Shown here: piece by piece, positions 49,401 through 61,400 of the stretch
How positions within the stretch are numbered: the first letter of the stretch is position 1
Layout of the letters: the number at the start of each line of letters is the position of its first letter
NCBI GenBank assembly: GCA_977016875.1
Contig: CDRNST010000143.1
Coordinates: 992,001 to 1,056,000, forward strand
DNA: 64,000 nt
Direction of reading: 5' to 3'
Source: Pavona decussata
Lineage: Eukaryota
Position numbers and translations under genes: made by a program
The notes under the pieces: generated by a model
Database searches by the model: none
The model's input: the letters and a program-made list of their open reading frames with translations, nothing else
Told to the model about the DNA's origin: nothing

Positions 49401-52400
49401 TAATTATTACTCCCCGTACAAATTTTCCGAGATAAAGAGTTCCGTATCGGACTCGTCTTTATCCTTTATACATCAGAACATTAGGAGTCTAAAAAGAAAT
49501 ATTGAAAATTTCCAGGATCATTTACTTCATGAATTAAACTTTAATTTTAGCGTAATAGGCCTCTCAGAAACACGGATTACCAATGCTGATGCTAATTTTC
49601 TCACCTTTAATCCTGATATACCAGGTTATTGTTTTGAATATGTCCCAACACCTCTCTCTGCCGGAGGTGTTGGTATGTACATAAAGGAAGGAATTAGCTA
49701 TAAGGTAATTGAAAAAACTTCGAATGTCTCTTTTCAAGGACTGTGGATAGAACTTCAATTTCCCAAAAAGACAAATGTCATCTGCGCTATTTTGTATAGG
49801 CAGCATAACTCTCCTGAGGATTTTCAAAACTACCTTGACTCGTGTCTAGAGAAATATAGCTCCTCCTCCAAACCTATTTACATTCTCGGCGACTTCAACA
49901 TAAATCTCCTCAATTTCGAAACTTGTAGATACGCCAACGACTTCCTACTTTTACTCCAAAGTTATGCTCTAACCCCAGTTATCGATAAACCAACCAGGGT
50001 CCATAGCAGCTCTGCCACACTAATCGATAATATCCTTGCCAGTCAAGTTGATGATCTCGATTCCGTCTTAAGTGGTAATGTTGTGTCAGACATCAGTGAT
50101 CATTTTTCCCAGTTCTGCCTCTTGCCTGCTTATAAACTGCAATTTTCACCTACAGCCATCTGTCGTGAATATCGCGATTTTTCTTCCTTTTCTGACGATT
50201 CTTTCCTAAATGACCTGGAGCAAATTGATTGGGACAGTATAGGCCACTCGAATCGCGATATAAACAAATCATTCTCCACTTTTTTCCACAAAACTCTCAG
50301 GGTGTTAAATAAACACGCTCCTACGAAAATTACCTCAAGGCGTAAAGCCAAACAGCAACTGAAACCTTGGATCACAAAAGGCATCAGGAGATCTATAAGT
50401 CTAAAAAACCAATTCTATCACTCGGGAGAAAACCAAAAATATAAACTCTATCGCAATAAAATTTCAACTTTAACTAGAGTAAGCAAAAAGCTTTATTTTC
50501 ATAACTTTTTCTCGCGAAACTTACACAACACTAAGAAAACATGGAAAGGGATAAATGATTTAATTGGCCGCAGGAAGAAACCGAAACAGACAATTACCTC
50601 AATAAGAGCACCGAACAACAAGAGAGTGATTTCTGACGCACAGGATATATCGAATGTGCTTAACAAACACTTTGCTACCGTGGGCCATAAACTGGCCTCG
50701 GGGACGCCACATTCAAAACTTAATTTTCGTACATACCTCCAAGGGCTGTCGCCCGCAAATTCAAACTCTTTCTTCTTCGATCCAATTATACCTGCAGAAG
50801 TTAGTAATGAGATCGTTTCCTTATCATACAATAAAGCTCACGGATTATACTCATTCCCAGTTCGAATATTGAAATGCGCTAGCCACATATTATCAAGCCC
50901 ATTGGCAAGGATTATGAATTTATCGGCTGAAACAGGAACTTTTCCCAATAAACTAAAATATGCAAAAGTAATCCCCGTTTATAAAACCGGCGACAAACTT
51001 GAATGTGGAAATTATCGCCCTATTTCACTTCTATCTAATATTAATAAAGTGTTCGAGAAACTAATGTTCAACAGAATTAAAAAATTTATTGCAAACCACA
51101 ATATATTATCCACATCACAATACGGCTTTCGCGAATATCATTCCACCGAACATGCACTATTAGATATAATTAACAAAATTCAAACAAACATGGATAATAA
51201 ACTTTTTTCATGTGGCATATTTATTGATCTGCAAAAGGCTTTCGATACTGTTGATCATGGAATATTACTGCATAAACTCAACCACTACGGTGTACGAGGC
51301 ATTGTCAATGATTGGTTTCAATCATATCTATCATGTAGGTCTCAATCAACTCAAATCGGTTCTGTGGTGTCGGAGAAAGAAAATGTATTATGTGGCGTTC
51401 CTCAGGGGTCAATTTTAGGACCGTTACTATTCCTTCTATATGTTAACGACATTCAAGCTTCATCTAGTAAACTAGATTTCTTTTTATTCGCTGATGACAC
51501 GAATCTGCTATTTGCTGACAAATGCTTAAAGACCCTGGAGCTTATAATAAACAAAGAATTGGAAAATGTTTGTGATTGGTTACTAGCTAACAAGTTGACT
51601 TTAAATACTAAAAAATCTAATTACGTATTATTTCACCCTCGCCAAAGAGCGACAGCAAATCGCCTTCACATAAAAGTATTCGACTGCGAACACAATGTGT
51701 TCGAACACCTTGAACAAAAAGATTGTGTTAAGTATCTGGGTGTGTTGATCGACAGCAACCTCTCTTGGCAATATCACATTAATTATATTTCGCTTAAGAT
51801 AAGTAAAACAATTGGTATTATATCACGGTTGAGATACGTTCTACCCACTTCTATTCTTCTTCATATTTACCGTTCTCTAATCCATCCTTACGTTTCTTAC
51901 GGTCTTTCAGTATGGGGCCAAACTTCAAAATCAAATCTGGAGAAAATCTTAATCCTCCAAAAAAGAGCCTTACGTCTAATTTATTTCCGCAATAACAGAG
52001 AGCATGCCATCCCGTTATTCGTATGTTCTAATATCCTTCCAGTTGACATGCTTTATTTCAAATCTATAGCCAGTCTTATGCATGATATCAATAACCAAAG
52101 TGCTCCCCTGAACCTAATAAATCTTTTTGATCGAGTAGATTCTGTGCACTCGTATAGAACCAGGTCTGCATCCACGGGCAAATTTCATATAAAATGCTCA
52201 AAGCTGACACAACTGAGCCACTCATTTTCGAGATTAGGTTGTAAAATCTGGAATGAATTACCGGAATCTTTCCTTGCAAAAACTAAAGCCTCCTTTAAGA
52301 AATGCCTTCAGACCAGATTACTAAAACTTCTTGATCAAGAGGATATTTATGTTGACGTCAACACTCTGATTAAAAACTTCAAATATCAGTGGTATGATTA

Positions 52401-55400
52401 GCTAATATGAAACTTTCTTAATTTTAATTTAGACAGTCATTATTTTTTACTTAACTTATTACACATTAATTATTGGTATATCTTTAAATTATATTCTGTA
52501 AATATATACTAATCAACTGCACTACCCGCCTAGATTAGCCTATGCTATTTGCGGGCTAGTGCATTCTTGCCTTACCTTCGTGAAAAATGTGCTTTAATAA
52601 ATTGAATTGAATTGAATTGAATCAGCGAGTTTGCTAAAAACTGTCGAAAAGCACCAAGCCTTGTTTGCGGACGACAAAACACGAGGATTTCTCCTTTTTG
52701 TTCTCAGGAACTGATGTATCAATACTAAACCTGGCCTCATGGCCGTCTGCTGAGGATCTGGAACTAGACGACTCTCAGTATCGAGCCATACAGATGGCGC
52801 TGACCAAAGAGTTTGCTGTCATACAAGGGCCACCTGGCACTGGAAAAACATACATTGGGCTGAAGGTAAAAATACAATCTGTGAAAGTGTATCAATTGGA
52901 ATTCTATAAATTATATTCAAACTCCTCTTTACAGTCATCAAACAGATGTATGACCGACGCTCTTCGAGGTTATTACAACCCCCCCTCCCCCCCCCCCCAA
53001 AAAAAAAACACCCCATCCCAAGGGGAGACATCTGTGTTGGATGTACTGCTAGGCGAAGTTGCAAGCCCAACGTCCTATCGTTTTATCCTTATCAAACGTG
53101 ATCGACACTCCCGTTGCATTTAACTTAAATTCTGTCAGTCTTTGTGAGACAGTGCTTTTGTTTGCGCATTATCATTGACGACATTAGCATAATAGAGAGA
53201 AATGAGAAAAACGATTGGCATATCTTAACCTGGGACCAGGGTATGATAACACATAAGACGTCCTGAGAATCGTTAGAAACTTTTCTGCCAAGGCATACTG
53301 GCTTCCTTCTTGCACAGATTGCCATTGATTGCCATTGCCGTAGATTGCCATTGTTTTCAGTGTTTTATTTCGCGAATCGGCCGGAAATTGGGTGTCAAAA
53401 TACAAGTTCACTTTGCGCTCCGATACTGTCAGGCCAACTCGAATCATAGCTTGTAAACCGGCGTTTAGAAACTTCTAAGAGGTACTGGCTTAAACTTAAT
53501 CTTTCTGTCTTGTTTGCCGTAGATTGCCAACGTTTTGTTGCATAACAAGTCGAAGTGGGACACTGGAACCGAGCTTCTTGATGACGATCTTGACGAGCGC
53601 TTGCTGCTTTCTGAGCGCCGTCCAGTCCTTGTTGTCTGCTACACCAATCACGCGCTGGATCAGTTTCTAGAAGGAATCCATCAGTTTCACCCAAAAGGCA
53701 TCGTGCGCATTGGTGGCCGGAGTCAGAGCGAGGTTATGAAGGCCTGTGGTTTGTCAGAGTTGAAACACAAAATGCACAAGGTTAGGCTGGTTGATTGACA
53801 ATCTGGTTGGTCAGGCCATGGGTTTGACCAAAATTAGACTGTAAGCGCAGAAGTGAGGGGTTTTTAGGTTGAATTATAGAAATCTGAGCCCAGTTGTTCG
53901 AAGCACGATTAAGTTAATCCTGAGTTAATGTGAACTTTGATTCACGTTCAATTACTAATCAATAAAGATTCGTCAAAAAAATGTTTGTCCCTCAGTTTTG
54001 ACGTAGCCTTTTATTTACCCTAAGGTGGAAATTAGCTTTTGAAACATTATTAACGAGCGGGATAAAAACCTCGGTTAACTTTTAATTGTTGATTAGCTTC
54101 AATCGGCTTTTAAACAACCGGGTCCTGAATAACTGTTAACTCAGTGAAGTCTGACATTTCTACTGCACTATTGTACTGCTTTCACTGACAAAAGACCAAC
54201 ATAGTCACTGACAATTATAAATTTAGCATCTCCACGTTTTTCATATCCGTGACAGTTTGCGGAATGCAAGCTCGAAGGTTCCATCTTTTGAGTGATAATT
54301 GGCGGAGGCAAACAGTGGCAATATTCCATAGGCTATCTTAAGGAAAACAACACAGCGTTTTCTATGCCTGCTTCGTTTTCTACATTGTTGCGATGGTGGT
54401 ACAGAGTAGTGCCGAAAAGTAGCTTATTTTTCGATATCTTGTTGTCTGAATTGCAGAAGACTAATACTGTACTACTCCTCACGTTTATTAAATTCCTACT
54501 TTTATTAAGAATTTAAAAAAAAGATGCACTTTAAACATTTAAAAGAAATCCGAACAGCCACGTAAACCTCTCGCCTGTTGTTCTTGTTGACCATGTTTCC
54601 ACCACACTGTAGCTTAAATGTTGCTTATTCCATAAGTATAATTCTTTACTTTTATTCTAGGACAAATCAGTTCCCCTACACATTAGAAGGGCTTTTTATG
54701 ACGCTCACAGGGAAATGGACGACATCACTGGAAAACTACAGAGGGCAGCCGAAGATCTGAAGAGTTGCTTCGAAAACGTGCTTCATGAAGATGATTTGCA
54801 CGAGCGCGCCAAGAGTATGACTGAGGTTCAATACGAGTCTTTGAAGTCCTTGGTACTGGGAGCAAAAGGCAGTGCTATATTGCACTGGCTTCAGCTGTCT
54901 TCGAACTCAGGAAACCCCAATCTAGGAGGTAATAATCTGTTTTTTTTTTCCAAACAAGGTATTCAAGACCTCTTCTTTGGCAGCTAGATGATGAGGCCAT
55001 TTCCGCATTGCCCCCATCCTCGTTTTCAAAGCGAAGCTTGGTTAATGGGGGAAGCTGCATCTTTTCATTCACATATAAATAAAATTCATTTTCGTTTGAA
55101 TGGCTTGAACCAGAGATTCATTCCAAAAATGGACTATTCCAGTTGTTGCACTGTGGTCCCGAGTTCACCTACTTAGCCACGCAATCAGATGTCAAGAGCC
55201 AACTAGCAAGGCACCTACCAGTTAAAATGGCATTGTTCAAATTTTTCGATATTGTTTTATAATATTTAGGACCACAACGCTAAGTAGTAATCAGTTGTAT
55301 CACCAATAAAGCACAAGTTGTGCATGTAACAAGTTGATGCAAGATAAATATATAATGTTCATCAGATCTCGGTGATGGAGCAGATTGAGACTTTTATCAG

Positions 55401-58400
55401 AACGCACTAGAAGTCGTTATCTAGCCTATCCCACGTATACCCCCAAATAATGGCTCGCTTATTTTAAAAATAAGCCCAATGGTTTTGTAGAACTATAAAT
55501 AGGTCTCTTTTTTAATTTGGCAAGAGGCAGACCAGTTGTCCATTTGTATGCGTAACCGAGTCGTTTGAATGTGTACGTGGCACTTGCTCCAACGCCTTTC
55601 GATTACAAGTCAAGTGCTTTACTGATGCTACGGCATTCAACTGTTCTGGACACAGTTGCATTCATTTGGCGCAGCAATGTGAAATAAATTCAACAAATCA
55701 ACATAACTGATCACATGATCCTTGCTTCCCCTTTAGCTTCAGTACAACCTGTAGCGGTCTTCCCGCTAAACAGTCTCTGTGGTGGACTGGAGAGGATATC
55801 ACGAGCTAACATGGCTACTTTTTCCCGCATTAAATCGGCTCCTGGTGTTGATGGGACTCAAAATGGCTCCATTCTACTAACAGGAACGCCTAATTCATTC
55901 GTTGAAATCCCCAACCGTGCCGGAGGTGGTCTAGATACTACGACCTCTATCACACTCCTTTTGCACGTGTTTCCACTTGGAAACAGAGGACCAATCTTGA
56001 GTTTCCACGAGGATGGCCTGGGAATCCAAATATGGCAAGAAGGCGTGGATGACGGAAAAGGACTTTTGACAGTCCGCTTCGCATGGAGAGATTGTTCCCA
56101 GCCCCCCGCTCTTACCAAAGCAGTGCTGAATATAAACGCCTGGAACTTTATTGGCGCTTCCTATGATCACGACTCTGGAATTGCGCGCCTATGGCATGAT
56201 GGGAATGAAGTAGAAGCTAAGTTTTTAGGCAGAAAAATGGAGCTAGCAACTCAGTTTTCCATCAGAATCGGGGCCTTAGCGACTGCTGGACCGGCACATT
56301 GCTTTCGAGGGAGGGTTGCAGACCTCCATATTTTTGCTGAATCCCTGAGACGAGAAACTGTTCGAGCTGTTGGTGGAATTGTCCCACAAGGTAATTCATT
56401 TATGCGTGTTAGGAGATTTTATTTGCAACTTCGAGACACTAAGAAATTAGTTAATTATAGTCGTTACTCTTGAAGATTGCTCCACTCCTGACACCATAAG
56501 CGGAGAGAGGAAAAAATGTTTTGAATCAGACAAGTTTCTTGAAACTTGTGTGTGGAAATGTTGTCTCAAATATGGAGTTAAAAAAACTCGACTTTTAAAT
56601 ATGGAAACTTAACGTACACAGAGAACGAATCAAACGGCATAGCGCTGGCCCACCATGCACGAGAGCGCATAACCACCGTCCGTAACATCAGTAGTCAAAG
56701 CATTTCTGTCTTAACCTTAGCCTAAATTAGCTTTAATCGTTTTATAGGCAGTTCAATGTAGTTGGCAAATGGATAAGACAAGATGACTAATTTGATATCA
56801 AAGACACAGGAAGTAGGTTTCCCAGTCTTCCGAGCCAGAGGCTCATCAGATTTAAGTTTGAGACGAGCAAAGATGTAAGCGTTGCCTGACTGTTTTCCCT
56901 GACGAATTTCAGTACTTAAGTGGAAGCGTTGACACAAGGAAATATGATATATGTTTTAACACAATCGGAAATAACACAACATAATTTCAACTTAGCTATT
57001 TGTTCTTTCTCAAGCTGGAGCTGAAGCGGCAGGAGAGGACGATGAAGCAAATGCCGAAGAAGAGGAAGATGACATTTACGACCCGGATGTGCTGTATGAA
57101 GCGGATGCTATGCAAGACCAAAGAGTCTTGGACACCGATGACGTCAGTGTGTTCATTGCGAAGTCAGTTATGGTAAAAGGAAAAAGGCTCAAAGTTGTCG
57201 ATCCCTTTTCATCCGGCGGAGAAATCGACGCTGATGGCTGGCAAGTCATGAACGCCGATAAGTTGAAGAAGAGGCTGAAGAGAACAATAATTCAAGAATT
57301 GAGCAGAAAAGATGTTATGCCAGATGAACGAGCGAGAATGGTGAGTCAATAGAGAGATTACCAATGACGCTTACGGCAAAAAGGCAAACGTGAGATATGA
57401 TCACGTGACCATGTTTATCCTATATTGGCCGCTTGGTGTTTTCATGATCAGTTTCTCTGTCAAAACGAGTAGTTTTGCGTTAGCATCAGAGACTTGAATT
57501 AGTTTGCACTATTCACATCTTTGTACTCTTTATTTTAAGAAAACATAAACACGAATCTCACGTTTGAAAGAGAGATTTAGCATCGCGTTTGCGGCAAACG
57601 GCAAACGCCAGGCTGAAATTTTCTCTTTGATGAAAAACCAATGAAGCTTTTTTGGTTTAAGCTTATCTCCACCCAGTCGGCGAGAGCTATCGAGCAAACA
57701 CGAAAAAGAGAGAAGTGAGTGAGAGAAACGCAATCTATGCATTTTGGAACAAACAGCGGCTTGACGTTTCCCGTTTGGCGTTAGCCGTAAACGCGAAGCT
57801 AAATCTCTCTTTTACGGCAAACGGCAAACGAGAGATTCGTCGCGTTCCTCTTTTCTGGAAAACTCGGGTATATAGATGTACATAGTGCAAGGTAATTCTG
57901 GTCTTTGGTGCTAACGCAAAACTACTAATTTTTTCTAAGAAACTGAAAACATTGAACGGCAAATGTAAGGTAAACATGGTCACGTGGTCATTTCTGCCGT
58001 TTGACGCAAAGGAGGTGCTTAATCTGTCTACTGATAAAGTTCATAATCAAGAAAACAAAAAGTAAACAAACCAACAAAAGCTTACTTAGCGTATTTTCAT
58101 ACTAAAGCCAGACCCGCGCCGTTCATTATGATATTTTTTCATGTATTATATATCCGAGAAGTTTCCCTTTTAAAACTAAAACTTGGCGTTAACCGTCGGT
58201 ATGTTCATTTAACCAACAAAGCATAAACAGGTGCAACAAGAAGCAACTTTTCTACGGTCACTAACATTGGGATTTGTGAACCTTTTGTAAGAAAGTACTG
58301 TTGGACGACTGACTAAAGTACATCTAAACTTGCCAATCAGGTTCGAAAAACTGAATCTGAATCGAGATGTTAGCCCAATCCGTTAGTCTCTTGTTGGGGT

Positions 58401-61400
58401 AGTAACTACTTTAACCATTTCCCTGTTTTGATAGTGTGTACCTAGTAACTGACGTAACAATGAGCGGGGAGTGAAAGGACATACTGATTCACGTGAATCA
58501 CTTTTAAAGTAACGGAAGGCACAGCCATATCACAAATCCCCTTCACGTAGAAACCATTCGAGAAACAAATCAGTGAACTGTCTCGTTCCAGATATAAAGT
58601 GTTAAGTTTCGTTTTTCGTTTCCTGTTAATATTTTGTTGCAGGTTAGGAATGTGTGGACGTTGAGCGTTAAAGACCGCTGGCGTTTGTATCGCCGCTGGA
58701 TAATGGACGTTTGTGAGCAGTACCGCCGCACCATTTCGCTTTTCCAAGAACAATTTGAAGAGGGTGCCAAGCGACTGAAGGATATCAAAAACATGGAAGA
58801 CTTCGAAATACTTAAGAACGCTGATGTTGTTGGCTTGACAACGACGGGTAAGTGCAATTGACAAACAGAGGCACTTCTTAGGAACCTTCCGTGCAGGGCT
58901 GGTCGCCATCCTCGTACCCAATTCCTAGGATCGTTTTGGTTAGCGATGGCTCGTCAGCTATCACTTCTAACTTTGACCTCAATTCACCTCTCGGTGATCA
59001 GTTGCACATTACGCTTCCAATCTTTTTTGCCTAACTTGAATTGGGTTTCTTTTTTCTTTTTCGTTTTCTTTTTTTTTTCTGGTTTCCGAGCTGCTTTAAG
59101 GTTACTGTAGGAAACAAACGTATGGCTGTGGAGAGTTTATCGTCTTAAACATGGAACCAAACTTCCGATATTGTTGTTTTGTAAAGCGCAAGATAACCGA
59201 CGCAATGTTGTTTGTTTCAAATACACTTGTTTTGATCACTCAACAATACGGATGGATTAAATCCTTAAAGTACAAGCTTCCAAACTTATCTTTTACAAGA
59301 AATAAGTTCAAGCAAATTTCTCGAGAGAGCCGGCTTTGTTTCAAATCATTTCAAAATCATTTCGAATTTGAAACTCGTGCTTAAGCTTAACGCTCACTCA
59401 GAATGTCGGAATACATTCTAACACTGTGTGGTAACGAGAAAAAGTAGCTCAGAGCGGAAATAACTGGTTTCTTTTTTTAGCAAACATTAGTGTGTATATA
59501 GGAATGCGTGGCAAGCCCAATTAAACACGGAATGTCTACACTGGATTCTACCTATGACTAAACATACAAATTATCTATCTTCACTGTGGTCACTTGCACA
59601 AGGTAGTAGGTCATTACAAAAAATTATCTATGAATGGCACGTGTTCGGAATAACGATGCGGTTTTGATATGAAAACTGACATAACGTGCTTTTGTTGGGC
59701 TAAAACGCGTCTGCAATAACGAAGCGGTTGCCAGTTGTTATACGGTTTTATTATTTTTATATTTTGTTCATTTTGTGACTAACAAACCATAGTAGTTTCA
59801 ATTTCTGTTAATGTCCTTTCCTGTTTATGTAACCTGAAGTGCTTACAAGCATCGCTACCTCTCTCACATGGATGGAATGTCTTAGTTAATTAATTGATTT
59901 TTGCCCGAGTTTCCTTGGTTCGTTGGTTCCTGGGTGGAAAAAGCTTTGGTGACAACTCAGTAAATGAATTAATATGGAAGTTTCCGTCATTATATGTTAT
60001 TTAGGTGCTGCAAAGTACCGCAAACTGATACAAAGACTAAAGCCACGAATAACGATCGTGGAGGAGGCCGCTGAAGTATTGGAGTCGCACATTGTTACCT
60101 CACTAACTCCCGGATGCCAGCACTTGATTCTGATTGGTGATCATCAGCAACTCCGCCCCAATCCCACTGTCTTTGAGCTCGCCAAACACTACAAACTGGA
60201 CGTGTCGCTGTTCGAGAGAATGGTAAAGAATGGAATGCCATTTGAGCGATTGCGCTTGCAGCATCGTATGAGACCGGAAATCTCCAAAATAATGGACCAC
60301 ATTTACGTCAATCCAAAGCTGGAGAACCACAAATCGGTGCAGAATTTTGAAAACATCAAGGGCGTGTCCTGTAACATATTCTTTGTAGACCACGACGAAA
60401 GTGAGGTGGGTGGCCAGTCTCGTCGCTTCTTAGCTCTGATTAGCCTAAAAAAATCGGTATTAAAGATACCGTTATCTGATGAAGATCAAAAAAATATATA
60501 TTGGCTTGACATTTTTTAAACATTTTCCCCGTGAAGCGTCCTCGTTGAAAAAGTAGAGATATGTATAAATTTTAATTCGGCAAAACCGAACAAGAAAACG
60601 AGTAGAATAGAATTGTAGTGGTCGACTCAACCTCCGCTAGCATTCTTCAAGAAGAATGGTTACTCTGGAAACGAAACAACAGTCTCATTGCATGAGGGCA
60701 ACAAATGGTGTTGGGTCAATAAAGATGTTTTTCAAATATGTTTTGCATAGTTAAATCATTCTAAAACTTATCAGGATCACTATTGTTCTAAAATACACTT
60801 CTTCGATGCTACTGTAGGATTTTCATGAGGAAGGAAAAAGCAGATCTAACGAACATGAAGCCAAGTTCCTGGCTGCTCTCTGTCGGTACCTTATCCTTCA
60901 AGGCTACACAAGAGAACAAATCACAGTCCTCACAGCCTACACTGGCCAGTTAATCCAGCTCAAGAAAGAAATGCCCAAAGATTTCTTCCGTGGTGTGCGA
61001 GTCTGTGCCGTGGACAACTTCCAAGGAGAAGAAAACGACATCATTCTGCTTTCGCTCGTTCGAAGCAATGAAGAGGGCAAAATCGGCTTCCTGCAGACTG
61101 AAAACCGAGTTTGCGTCGCATTGTCCAGGGCCAAGAAAGGCTTCTTCTGCGTCGGTAATATCAGTCTGTTGAAAGAAAAGAGCGAATTGTGGGGCAGGAT
61201 AATCGGTGATATGGAAGAGCAAGGGAACGTGGGGAAAGCGTTGACGCTCGCGTGTCAAAATCACCCGCACAACGTGATCCGCGCGTCACGTGCAGATGAC
61301 TTCAAGAAGGCGCCCGAGGGAGGCTGCACGGTGCCTTGTGCCACAAGACTGGAGTGCGGTCATGTGTGTGAAATGGTTTGTCATCCAACAGACCCGGAAC

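Larger units (their letters stand above)
48161..52619 (+). mobile_element. Apparently full-length non-LTR retrotransposon (CR1/L2 group, Crack/Daphne-like)
   Basis: ORF1, ORF2, 3' stem-loop and (ATTGA)n tail, flanked by AATCA at 48156-48160 and 52620-52624. Confidence 0.9.

Noticed and set aside
55715-56473. Independent nested single-exon LamG gene using the ATG at 55715
   Set aside because: The ATG lies in the polypyrimidine/branch region, there is no signal peptide, and the domain boundaries coincide with phase-matched splice sites of ZNFX1. Not formally excluded without transcript data.
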